Source: Calditrichia bacterium (GTDB lineage: Bacteria; Calditrichota; Calditrichia; RBG-13-44-9). From it: a stretch of DNA of 17,682 bases. Below the pieces are notes generated by a model. It was not told where the DNA came from. It did not search any database and saw only the letters and a list, made by a program, of their open reading frames with translations. The stretch's first letter is position 1, and the number at the start of each line of letters is the position of its first letter. The stretch is from assembly GCA_037381445.1 (NCBI GenBank), contig JARRQT010000037.1:1-17682 (forward strand). The letters run 5' to 3'. Of this stretch, positions 1 to 9,671 are shown piece by piece. The translations under genes and the position numbers were made by a program.

Positions 1-1
1 G

Positions 2-2220
2 CTGACGGATTTCCGGACACCGGACCCCTGGAACGAATTCTTCAAAAAACTGCGGCTGGGCGTAAAGATTTACGATCTCTTTTCCGAGGTGATCGGCGCC
101 AATAAGGGTGATATTTTCCATACCTTTTCCATCGGCGGCGGCATGTCCGCCGAACAATACCGCCTGAGCCAGCAGGAAGTGGAAAAAGTCAAACGGTTCA
201 GAGCGGTATCCATGTTCCGGGGTCCCATGATGACCGACAAAAAGGGGCATGCAAAGGTTTCCTTTGAGATGCCCGATTATGTCGGGGCGGTGCGCGTGAT
301 GGTGGTTGCGGCAAATGACAACCGTTACGGGAACGCACAGAAAACCGTGCCGGTAAAAACCGATCTTATGGTCCTGCCGACCCTGCCGCGGGTGCTGGGG
401 CCGGGGGACAAAATCATGGTGCCGGTAACAGTCTTCGCCATGAAGGATAATATAAAGGAAGTAAACGTGTCTATCCGGGTAAGCGGTCCCCTCAGTATCA
501 GCGGTGATTCCCAAAAGACGCTGACCTTCGGGAAATCCGGGGAGAAAGATGTATATTTTCAGTTGAGGGCGATGCAGGCTGTAGGCGCTTCCCACATAAC
601 CATCTCGGCTGCTTCCGCCGGATTCACAGCGAAACGGATCTGGCAGTCCGGGCCTCTTCCCCGCGGATTTACGATTCCGAAGAGAAGGCCTGCAAGCCGG
701 GCGAAGCTGTTGCCCTCCGTATTCCCAACCGGGGAATTCAGGGGACAAACCATGCCGTAATCAGCGTGATGCGCATGGCCAAGCTGAATATCGGCTGGCG
801 GATGTGGTGGCTTATCCATTATCCCTACGGCTGCATCGAGCAGACCGTTTCCTCCGTTTTTCCGCAGCTTTACCTGAAAAATTTCATTAAGAGCCGGCAG
901 GAAACCGATCAAAAAATTGACAAAAATATTAACGCCGCCATCAAACGGCTGCTCACTTTCCAGCTTCCTTCCGGGGCGTTTTCTTACTGGCCGGGCGGGA
1001 AAAATCCCTCCATCTGGGGGACCAACTATGCCGGCCATTTCCTGGCGGAAGCCAAAAAACTGGGTTATCATGTGCCCGCCGACCTGTTCGACAACTGGCT
1101 GCGGTTTGAAAAATCGCGGGCCCTCACCACCCGCGACGGCCTCATGGAACGAACATACCGGGTGTACCTGCTGGCCGAGGCCGGCGATCCCCAGCTCGGC
1201 CCCATGAACCTGCTCAGGGAAAACAGCCTGAAAGACATGACCGATCCCGAGAAATGGATGCTGGCGGAAGCCTATAAACTGGCCGGGGTCAATAACACCG
1301 CGGAACAGATTGCGGGGAGCGCGGGATTTACAACCAGAAACTACAACGAATTCTCGGGAACGTACGGGTCCGGTTTGCGGGACAAAGCCATCATCCTGGA
1401 AGCGCTGGTGGTACTGGAGCGCTGGCCGGAAGCGACCCGCATTTATAAGGAAATAACCGAGGCCCTGTCCACGGATTCCTGGTATTCCACCCAGACCACC
1501 GGCTATGCGCTCCTGGCACTTGGCAAATATATCCGCGCAAACCAGGGAGAGTTCGGTGATGAAAGCGCTGTACTGGCGGGCACAATTACCCTGCCGGACG
1601 GACAAAAAGTTGAATTCGATACCAATTCACTCAAATTCAGCAAGGAAATCACCAGCGGTTTTGGTGACAGCGTCACTGTTTCGCTCAACAATAAAACCAC
1701 CCTGAAGCAGGCATTTGCAGTGCTGGAATGGGACGGCATTCCGCTGATTCCCGACGTGCAGGCGGTTTCCAGAAATCTGGCGGTCAGCGTGGACTGGACC
1801 GATGATGACGGCTTGCCAATCGATCCCACGGACCTGCCGCAGGGGACGACTTTCTGGGCACACTACACTGTGAGCAAAACAACCGGAATCAATGCTTCCC
1901 TCGATAATCTGGCGCTGGTGCAGGTGTTGCCCGCGGGATGGGAGATCGAAAACACCCGCCTCTCCGGCGAAGGCATGCCGGAATGGATGCGGAAATGGCG
2001 CATCAGCCAGGCGGAGTACACCGACATCCGCGATGACCGCATCATGTGGTTTTTCAATATGCCGCAAAACAACAACAAGATGGATTTTGTGGTGAAGCTG
2101 AATACGGTCACGGTCGGTGAATTTATCCTGCCGCCTACCATTTTCGAGGCGATGTACGATAACAGTTACAAAGCGGTCCTTCCCGGGAAAAAAGTGACTG
2201 TTCATATGCGGGCGAAATAA
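2..2220 (+). CDS. yfhM: Bacterial alpha-2-macroglobulin (YfhM/A2M family), C-terminal part; 5' end outside window; apparent frameshift at about 622-633
   Basis: Frame 2 is open from base 2 (LTDFRTPDPWNEFF...YDLFSEVIGA...GGG...KRFRAVSMFRGP...TDKKGHAKVSFEMPDYVGAVRVMVVA...LPRVLGPGD). Family-like sequence continues in frame 1 from about 631 (ETDLAVR...) through the thioester motif YPYGCIEQ (Cys codon 832-834), FQLPSGAFSYWPG, LPAGWEIEN, YTDIRDDR and EAMYD to the stop at 2220. It lies directly upstream of pbpC, the usual yfhM-pbpC arrangement. Confidence 0.95.
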
Positions 2221-2227
2221 ACAAATG

Positions 2228-2268
2228 TTTTAAGGGGGGGATTTTCATTTCCCCCCCGGCACTTAAAA
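2228..2268. other. GC-rich intergenic stem-loop without U-tract
   Basis: G7A (2234-2241) pairs with TC7 (2250-2257); the outer arms TTTTAAG (2228-2234) and CTTAAAA (2262-2268) are also complementary. Confidence 0.5.
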
Positions 2269-2349
2269 TTCAAATGACAGGCCTGCGAGGCATGGCGGGA
2301 ATCTTTTCGCCCGGTCATCGCAGTTTATCCTGGAAGCGGCAGAAGTGAA

Positions 2350-4782
2350 ATGATTTCTTTATGGAATAGTCGATTGTCCGGAAAATTTTCCTTTCGGAAG
2401 AGATTTTTGCTCTTCGCATCGCTTGCATTACTCGCCACGGTTTTTATTTACCGGCTGATTCCATTCCCGGAACCGCTTTTCCCCCGGAATTACAGTACAG
2501 TGGTGACGGACATTAACGGGAAAATTTTGCGGGTATTCCTGAATGAAAATGAGCAATGGTTTTTCCCGCCCGATGACACCCTGAGAATTCCGCAGAAGCT
2601 CAAAACCGCCGTCATGCAGTTCGAAGACCGCTACTTCTACCGGCATCCCGGCATCAACCCGGTGTCTATCCTGCGGGCGGTTTACCAGAATATTACCCGG
2701 GGGCGCATCGTGAGCGGCGCCAGCACTCTCACCATGCAGGTGGCCCGTTTGTCCCGTAATAAACCGCGCACTTTTTCGAATAAATTCATCGAAATGCTGA
2801 TGGCGCTGAAAATTGAGCTGCATTATTCCAAGGAGGAGATTTTCCGCCTCTATCTCAATCATGCGCCCTACGGGGGAAACATCATCGGATACCGGGCCGC
2901 TTCTCTGAAATATTTCGGAAAGCAGCCGGAACAACTGACCTGGGGCGAAGCGGCCACACTGGCGGTTCTTCCCAATGCCCCAGGACTCATCTCCCCTTCC
3001 ATCAACAGCGAGGATTTGACCCGGAAACGAAACCGGCTGCTCCGGGAGCTGCTTGATGAGAAAATCATAAACCGGGAGACTTTCCGGCTGGCCGTGCTGG
3101 AATCCGTTCCCTCCGGTGTTGTGGTTTTCCCCTTTTACGCAGCTCATCTGGCCCGCCGCGTGAAAGAAATGAATCAGGGAAAAAACGGCTACATACATAC
3201 CACTATCGATCTGCGCTATCAGGCAGCTGTTGAAAACCTGCTGGCGCAGCAGGTCAAATATCTGAGGGGATACGGCATTCGCAACGGCGCGGCGCTGCTT
3301 GTGGAAAACAGTACCGGAAAAGTCCGTGCCTATGCGGGATCGCAGGATTTCTTTGATTCCACCAGCACCGGGCAGGTTGACGGCGTGCAGGCGCCCCGCT
3401 CCACCGGTTCCATACTCAAACCTTTTCTCTACGCCCTGAGCATGGATGATGGTTTGATTCTGCCGCAGACAGTGATAAAAGACGTCCCCAGCTACTTCGG
3501 CTCCTTCTCGCCGGCCAATTATGATGAAAAATTTAACGGACTGGTGACCGCTCATGAGGCGCTCACCCGCTCACTGAATGTGCCGGCGGTGCGGCTGTTG
3601 AATGCTTACGGCCTTTATCCGTTCTATCTGTTTCTGCAGAATGCCGGCCTGCACAGTCTTTTCCGCACGCCGGACGACTACGGGCTGCCGCTGATTCTGG
3701 GTGGGGCCGAAGCGAGCCTGTGGGACCTTGCCAGACTTTACCGCGGTTTGGCTGAATACGGCGCGTTTACAAATCTGAAAATATTTGAAGACCAAACTCC
3801 TGAACCAAGAGGATTAGAACCTGCAGTGCCGAGAGCCGGAACGCGTCGCTCTGCGTCAACCGCCATGCCGTCTGACAAAATTCCGGGACTCATCAGTCCC
3901 GGGGCCTGTTATCTTACGCTGGAAATTCTTCGGGAACTGAAGCGGCCCGGTGCCGAATATTACTGGGAACAGTATCAGAACCAGTGGCCGCTGGCCTGGA
4001 AAACCGGCACCAGTTACGGCCAGCGGGATGCCTGGGCCATCGGCGTGAGCCCCCAGTGGACCATTGCGGTGTGGGTTGGCAATTTCGACGGGGAACCGAA
4101 CGGCCACCTCTCCGGCGCGGCCTGCGCTGGCCCTTTGCTGTTCGACATCTTCAACTATCTGCCCAAAGATCCCCGCCAAAGCTGGTTTGCCGCGCCCGGG
4201 GAGGACCTGCAGCAGGTCAAAATCTGCAGAGAGACCGGCTTTCTGGCCGGCCCGGATTGCCCGCAAACCGAGACGGTGGACGCCCCCCTGGGCATGAAAC
4301 CGCTCAAAATCTGCCCCTATCATAAAGCGGTGTACGTGACTTCGGATGAAAAATATCAGGTATGTTCGCTGTGCTGGGAAGCCGGCAAATATAAAAAAAT
4401 GGTCCTCCCCTTTTATCCCCCGGACGTCGCCCAGTATCTGCGGGAACGGGGACATATTCTGGCGGATATCCCTCCGCACCTCCCGGCCTGTCCGGCACTG
4501 GAGGAAAACCAGCCCCTGCAGATTGTCTACCCGGCGCAAAATGCCCGCTTATGGATTCCGCGCGATCTGGACGGGCAATTGCAGAAGGTGACCCTGCGGG
4601 TGGCGCACCGCCAGCAGAACCGCTTCATCTACTGGTACCTGGACAACCATTATCTGGGATCCTCCGAAAAACATCATGTGAAGGCCATCACCCTCAGCGC
4701 GGGCTGGCATGTTCTGGAAGTCCTGGATGAAGACGGCAACCGGGACCGCAAAAGGTTCTACGTGAACCTCAGAAAATCGTGA
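2350..4782 (+). CDS. pbpC: Penicillin-binding protein 1C (bifunctional transglycosylase/transpeptidase)
   Basis: N-terminal membrane anchor; GT51 motifs EDRYFYRHPGIN, SGASTLTMQVAR and YLN; transpeptidase motifs SILK (GSILKPF), SLN and KTGTS; PBP1C-type C-terminal domain (IYWYLDNHYLG...GWHVLEVLDEDG); downstream of the A2M gene. Confidence 0.95.
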   Translation: MISLWNSRLSGKFSFRKRFLLFASLALLATVFIYRLIPFPEPLFPRNYSTVVTDINGKILRVFLNENEQWFFPPDDTLRIPQKLKTAVMQFEDRYFYRHPGINPVSILRAVYQNITRGRIVSGASTLTMQVARLSRNKPRTFSNKFIEMLMALKIELHYSKEEIFRLYLNHAPYGGNIIGYRAASLKYFGKQPEQLTWGEAATLAVLPNAPGLISPSINSEDLTRKRNRLLRELLDEKIINRETFRLAVLESVPSGVVVFPFYAAHLARRVKEMNQGKNGYIHTTIDLRYQAAVENLLAQQVKYLRGYGIRNGAALLVENSTGKVRAYAGSQDFFDSTSTGQVDGVQAPRSTGSILKPFLYALSMDDGLILPQTVIKDVPSYFGSFSPANYDEKFNGLVTAHEALTRSLNVPAVRLLNAYGLYPFYLFLQNAGLHSLFRTPDDYGLPLILGGAEASLWDLARLYRGLAEYGAFTNLKIFEDQTPEPRGLEPAVPRAGTRRSASTAMPSDKIPGLISPGACYLTLEILRELKRPGAEYYWEQYQNQWPLAWKTGTSYGQRDAWAIGVSPQWTIAVWVGNFDGEPNGHLSGAACAGPLLFDIFNYLPKDPRQSWFAAPGEDLQQVKICRETGFLAGPDCPQTETVDAPLGMKPLKICPYHKAVYVTSDEKYQVCSLCWEAGKYKKMVLPFYPPDVAQYLRERGHILADIPPHLPACPALEENQPLQIVYPAQNARLWIPRDLDGQLQKVTLRVAHRQQNRFIYWYLDNHYLGSSEKHHVKAITLSAGWHVLEVLDEDGNRDRKRFYVNLRKS

Positions 4783-5022
4783 GCGTTTTTCCGGGCGGAC
4801 CAAAATCCTTTAAGATCGCACTTCGGTCAGCCCATTTTTACAAAATGCATTCCATCTTTCCCCGGCATTTCTCCCTTTCAAGGCCGGATCAAAAAGATTG
4901 ATTACCGTCAGACCTGCGGCGCGTCTCGCAGGCAAAATAAATCTTGAAAAAAATTTTTTCCTCGTTAAGCCAGGCCTTATATTCAACAGTCAACAGATGG
5001 ATCATAAAAGCGGAGAGAAGAA

Positions 5023-6810
5023 ATGATAAAGCAAAGAGTAAACAACCTTCGGGAATTGATGAAAAGCAATAACGTTCAGGCCTACCTTGTCCCCAGCACC
5101 GACGCCCACCAGAGTGAATATCTGCCGGAATTGTGGGAACGGCGCAAATGGCTCAGCGGTTTTACCGGCTCGGCCGGCGATCTGGCCATAACCGCGGGTA
5201 AAGCTGGGCTGTGGACCGACTCGCGCTATTTTCTGCAGGCGGAGGAAGAATTAATAGGAAGCGGCATCGAGCTCTTTAAAATGGGAATGCCGGGCGTACC
5301 GGCCATGCAGGAGTGGCTGAAAGATGTTCTAAAACCGGGGGACTCGGTAGGAATCGATCCCCGTCTTATCTCTCACAGCGAAGCCCAGCAATTAAGAAGT
5401 TATCTTCTGAATTGGAAAATCCAGCTTAAATCCATCGAGGTCAATCTGGTGGACGAGCTGTGGAAAGACCGGCCGGATTTTCCGCTGGAGCCGGTCAAGC
5501 CGCACCCGGTTGAATTTTCCGGCGAATCCGTGGAGAGCAAGCTCCGGCGACTGCGTGAAAAAATGGCAGGAGAAGGGAGCAGCGTGCACGTGCTCACTAT
5601 GCTGGATGCCATCGCCTGGCTCTATAACATCCGCGGCACGGATGTTGAATTTAATCCCGTGGTCATCTCCTATGCCATCGTCACTTCCCATGCCGCCATG
5701 CTGTTTGTGAAAAAAGAAAAGGTGACCGATGAGCTGAGAAAACATCTGGATGGATTAGTCGAAATTTACGATTATCCGGAGTTCCGGGAGCAGTTGATAA
5801 AGGTTTCCCAGTCCGAAACAAAGGTGTGGCTCGACGGCGGAACTGTCAGCCAGTGGATCGTCGATTTGATACAGAACAACTGCGAAATTATTTATAACCA
5901 GAGCCCAGTTACTCTTTTCAAAGCCATCAAAAATGAAACCGAGATTGCCGGTTTCCGGGCCGCCCATGAGCGCGACGGCATTCCCATGGTAAAATTCCTG
6001 TACTGGCTGGACAATGCCGTCCCTAGTGGTGGCGTCACGGAACTTTCCGCCGCAGCCAAACTGGAGGAATTCCGTTCCGGCGGGAAATATTACCAGGGTC
6101 CCAGCTTTGAAACCATTTCCGGATACGGCGAGCATGGCGCTATCGTCCATTATTCAACCAGTCCCGAAACTGATGTGGAATTAAAGCCGGAGGGAATTTA
6201 TCTGATTGACTCCGGCGGCCAGTACCTCGACGGCACCACCGATATTACCCGCACGGCGGCGCTAGGCAAACCCACCGCGGAACAGAAGGACCGCTTCACC
6301 CGGGTGCTGAAGGGCCATATTCGCCTGGCGCAAACCCGCTTCCCGCGCGGAACCGCCGGCAATCAACTGGACACCATCGCCCGCAAGCCCCTCTGGGATA
6401 TCGGCCTCAATTACGGGCACGGCACGGGACACGGCATCGGTTCCTATCTGAATGTGCACGAAGGCCCGCATGCAATTTCCTACTACCGGGGGATTGGTGT
6501 GGCGCTGGAGCCGGGCATGATTATTTCCAATGAACCCGGCTATTACAAAGCCGGCGAATACGGCATGCGCATAGAGAATATCATCCTGGCCGTGAAAGAC
6601 GGAAGCACTTCCGGCGGTGAGATTGAGTTCTATAAATTTGAAACCGCCACGCTCTGCCCCATCGATCTGAATCTGGTGGAGAAATCGCTGCTGTCTGCAG
6701 AAGAAGTCGTTTTTCTGAATGATTATCATCAAAGGGTAAGAAAGATGCTTTCGCCCGGCTTGACAGCAGAAGAGCGCGCCTGGCTGGAAAACGCGACCCG
6801 TTCAATTTGA
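5023..6810 (+). CDS. Xaa-Pro aminopeptidase (aminopeptidase P, M24B family, long form of about 600 aa)
   Basis: N-terminal DAHQSEY, WLSGFTGSAG and WTDSRYFLQA; metal-site motifs DSGGQYLDGTTDITRT, HGTGHGIG, VHEGP, SNEPGYY and GMRIEN; RBS GGAGAG upstream. Confidence 0.95.
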   Translation: MIKQRVNNLRELMKSNNVQAYLVPSTDAHQSEYLPELWERRKWLSGFTGSAGDLAITAGKAGLWTDSRYFLQAEEELIGSGIELFKMGMPGVPAMQEWLKDVLKPGDSVGIDPRLISHSEAQQLRSYLLNWKIQLKSIEVNLVDELWKDRPDFPLEPVKPHPVEFSGESVESKLRRLREKMAGEGSSVHVLTMLDAIAWLYNIRGTDVEFNPVVISYAIVTSHAAMLFVKKEKVTDELRKHLDGLVEIYDYPEFREQLIKVSQSETKVWLDGGTVSQWIVDLIQNNCEIIYNQSPVTLFKAIKNETEIAGFRAAHERDGIPMVKFLYWLDNAVPSGGVTELSAAAKLEEFRSGGKYYQGPSFETISGYGEHGAIVHYSTSPETDVELKPEGIYLIDSGGQYLDGTTDITRTAALGKPTAEQKDRFTRVLKGHIRLAQTRFPRGTAGNQLDTIARKPLWDIGLNYGHGTGHGIGSYLNVHEGPHAISYYRGIGVALEPGMIISNEPGYYKAGEYGMRIENIILAVKDGSTSGGEIEFYKFETATLCPIDLNLVEKSLLSAEEVVFLNDYHQRVRKMLSPGLTAEERAWLENATRSI

Positions 6811-6901
6811 GGAGATTGAACCGAGTCTTGCCAAGGAATGACCGCGCCGCCGGAATATTTCGGGGCCGGTTGTTCCATTTAACAGAATTTAAAATTTTTC
6901 T

Positions 6902-7462
6902 ATGCCCAGAATTAAAACCGGAAATAAAAGGGAAAGGATACTGGAGGCGGCTCTTACCCTCTTTTCACAGGCAGGCTACCAGGAAACCAGTATCGACCAG
7001 ATCGCCGCGCATGCGGGAATTGCGACCGGTACTATTTATCTCTATTTCGAAAACAAAGAGGACATTCTTAAAGGGATACTGAAACGCTTCCTTTTCGCTT
7101 ATGACAGTGAACTGCGGGCATCTATTAATGAAACCGCTTCGGCCCGGGAAAAACTGGAGATGATCATCGGGCAGGACCTTCAAACCATTCTGGAAGCGCC
7201 GCACCGGGCAAGACTGTTTTTATTCGAAATGCGGCAGAGCGCGCAATGCCTCACTTTCCTGAAGGAGCGGCTTATCTCCCGCTATGAATACTTTCTCAAT
7301 GCAATTTTTCGGGAAACAGGTGGTGGTTCCCGGATAGACATCCATCTGACGGCGGTAATGCTGTCCGGTATTCTTGAAAATGTGCTCTATGACTGGGTTA
7401 TCAGCCGGCAGAGTCCGGACATCTCAAAAATAAAAATATTGATACTGAATCTTCTATTTTAA
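6902..7462 (+). CDS. TetR/AcrR family transcriptional regulator
   Basis: N-terminal HTH signature RERILEAALTLFSQAGYQETSIDQIAAHAGIATGTIYLYFENKEDIL; 186 aa. Confidence 0.93.
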   Translation: MPRIKTGNKRERILEAALTLFSQAGYQETSIDQIAAHAGIATGTIYLYFENKEDILKGILKRFLFAYDSELRASINETASAREKLEMIIGQDLQTILEAPHRARLFLFEMRQSAQCLTFLKERLISRYEYFLNAIFRETGGGSRIDIHLTAVMLSGILENVLYDWVISRQSPDISKIKILILNLLF

Positions 7463-7516
7463 AATGGTATTTCTCAAAAGAAACTCAAAGACTATAGAAT
7501 TTTACAGGAGAAAAGG

Positions 7517-9508
7517 ATGAAGAAGTTTTCCATAATCCCGGGACTTATGCTGCTGATGCTTGCGTTTCTGATTTCCATGCCGGCGGCTGGTCAGGCCGGA
7601 TTCGGCTTTCACGATATGTTTAAAATAAAGAAAGAATACAATCCCAGGATCTCGCCGGATGGCCGGTATGTCATTTTTGAAACCTATGAGGCGGACACCA
7701 GTCAAAACCGGTGGATCAGCCATCTGTGGCGCACTACGGTTTCCACCAACGAAACGGTTCAGATGACGCGGGGTGAACACAGCGATAGTCATCCCCGCTG
7801 GTCTCCCGATGGCGGAAGCATTTTCTTTTTATCCAGCCGGGATGATCACAAGAATATTTTCGTCATCAGCAACGAGGGCGGCGAAGTGCATTCCCTTTTT
7901 ACCCATCCCGCCAATATCACCGATTTTCAATTCAGCGATGACGGCAGTGAGCTCTTTTTCCTGGCCGAGGACAGTTTGACGCGCGAAGAAATTGCCAATG
8001 AGAAAAGCAGGAATGACGCATACGTTGTGGATGAGACGGAAAAACCGGTCCGATTATGGGTTTACAGCATGCTGACCGGCACAAGGAAACAATTGACTCA
8101 CGGGAAATTGTCTATTCGTGAATTCAGGCTGGCCCCGGACCAGACCGCCATAGCCTTCATCGCCGCACCGTCACCGCGCGAAGACGATTATCTGAACCGG
8201 GAAATCTATCTGCTGCATCTGGACGGATTAACCGAAAAGCAGCTCACCCATAACCGGACCGCCGAGAGCACCCTTCAGTGGTCGCCGGACGGAAAATATA
8301 TTTCCTTTCTCTCTGATGCCAGCAGCCAGTTGGAGACCTACTATCAGACTTCGATTTTTCTGCTGGATGTGAACACCGGCACCGTGATCGACCAACTGCC
8401 GGATTTCAAATACCAGGTCATGGATTACTTCTGGACGGCCAAAGGGCGGTATATCTATTTTATCGCCAATATGGGAGTAAACACCCAATTTTTCAAACTT
8501 AATCGCAGGGCCGGCGGTCTGGAACAGGCCACCACCGGGGAACATGATATTCGCTCCGCCCATTACAATGCGCAGGGGAACCGCCTGGTTTATTTGGAAT
8601 CGACTCCCGAGCATCCCTATGAAGTCTGTTATGCCGAGCCGGAAAAATTGCCCGGCAGCCGGATCACCAATCTGAATTCGTGGCTGGATGTCTATGCGAA
8701 GCCGGAATACCGCACAGTCCACTGGAAAAGCACGGACGGTCATCAGGCGGAAGGCATTCTGATCCTGCCGACAACAGATCTCAACAAACCCCATCCGCTG
8801 GTCATTCAACTGCATGGCGGACCGGAGAGCTCCTATCGGAATGAATTCAGCAGTAGTTGGGGGAATTATGCGCAAATCTGGGCTGATCATGGCTATGCTG
8901 TATTCCAGCCCAATTACCGGGGAAGCACCGGTTACGGAGACGATGTTATGCGATCAATCATCGGCCATTATTTCGAGAAAGACATCGACGATATCATCAG
9001 CGGCGTCGATTACCTAATAAGAGAAGGAATTGCCGACCCGCAGAAAATGGCGGTCATGGGCTGGAGCGCCGGCGGGCATCTGACCAACTGGCTGGTGACG
9101 CACTTTCAGCGCTTCAAAGTCGCCTCTTCCGGGGCCGGCGGCGCAAACTGGTTTTCATTTTATGCGCAAACCGATGTACAGTATATCCGGGAGATCTGGC
9201 ACATGGGTCCCCCTTACGACCGGGCGGATTATTATATGGAGAAATCTCCCATCAGCTATGTGAAAAACGCCAAAACACCGACGCTGATACTTTGCGGCAA
9301 GGAAGACAGCCGGGTGCCCTTCCCGCAAAGCCTGGAGATGTACCGCGGACTGAAACGCAACGGCTGCCCGGTGAAATTTGTCGCCTTCCCGCGGGAGGGC
9401 CACGGTCTGAGGGAATTAAAACATCAGCTCTACAAAATGCGGGTTGAATTTCAGTGGATTGAGAAGCACTTGTTTAACCACGACTGGAAAATATCCGATT
9501 TGAACTGA
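7517..9508 (+). CDS. Secreted S9 family peptidase (dipeptidyl aminopeptidase/acylaminoacyl peptidase type)
   Basis: Signal peptide; beta-propeller repeats (ISPDG, PRWSPDG, QWSPDG); LHGGP and QPNYRGSTGYG; nucleophile GWSAGG (Ser codon 9065-9067), Asp in EDSRVP, His in EGHG; RBS AGGAG. Confidence 0.93.
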   Translation: MKKFSIIPGLMLLMLAFLISMPAAGQAGFGFHDMFKIKKEYNPRISPDGRYVIFETYEADTSQNRWISHLWRTTVSTNETVQMTRGEHSDSHPRWSPDGGSIFFLSSRDDHKNIFVISNEGGEVHSLFTHPANITDFQFSDDGSELFFLAEDSLTREEIANEKSRNDAYVVDETEKPVRLWVYSMLTGTRKQLTHGKLSIREFRLAPDQTAIAFIAAPSPREDDYLNREIYLLHLDGLTEKQLTHNRTAESTLQWSPDGKYISFLSDASSQLETYYQTSIFLLDVNTGTVIDQLPDFKYQVMDYFWTAKGRYIYFIANMGVNTQFFKLNRRAGGLEQATTGEHDIRSAHYNAQGNRLVYLESTPEHPYEVCYAEPEKLPGSRITNLNSWLDVYAKPEYRTVHWKSTDGHQAEGILILPTTDLNKPHPLVIQLHGGPESSYRNEFSSSWGNYAQIWADHGYAVFQPNYRGSTGYGDDVMRSIIGHYFEKDIDDIISGVDYLIREGIADPQKMAVMGWSAGGHLTNWLVTHFQRFKVASSGAGGANWFSFYAQTDVQYIREIWHMGPPYDRADYYMEKSPISYVKNAKTPTLILCGKEDSRVPFPQSLEMYRGLKRNGCPVKFVAFPREGHGLRELKHQLYKMRVEFQWIEKHLFNHDWKISDLN

Positions 9509-9671
9509 GAAAATTTCCATTTGAGGAAGGTCCGGATTTGCTGAATTCCGTTTCGGGCAAATAGTGAATCATTCCCGGACCCGGTTTTCCATGCAGGCAG
9601 GAAGGCTCTTTTAACCAGACTTTCCCGCAATTTTGAGAAGATCATTTTATTGGAAAAAAGAAGAAAGATTT

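Noticed and set aside
634..760. C-terminal 40 aa of ORF 89..760 (RIWQSGPLPRG...)
   Set aside because: Out-of-frame read-through after the A2M frameshift; the family-like sequence is in frame 1.
559..4539. Long minus-strand ORFs (559..1605, 1627..2205, 2428..3555, 3856..4539)
   Set aside because: Antisense shadows of well-supported genes with GC-rich third codon positions; no recognisable motifs.
4946..4960. Palindrome GAAAAAA-A-TTTTTTC upstream of the aminopeptidase
   Set aside because: Low-complexity A/T tract, easily produced by chance in a promoter region.
6807..7082. 91-aa ORF overlapping the aminopeptidase stop and TetR
   Set aside because: TTG start, overlaps the clear TetR gene in another frame, and has no motif.
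9633..9671. TTG start extension of the kinase
   Set aside because: No RBS; the downstream ATGs at 9672 and 9699 fit better.
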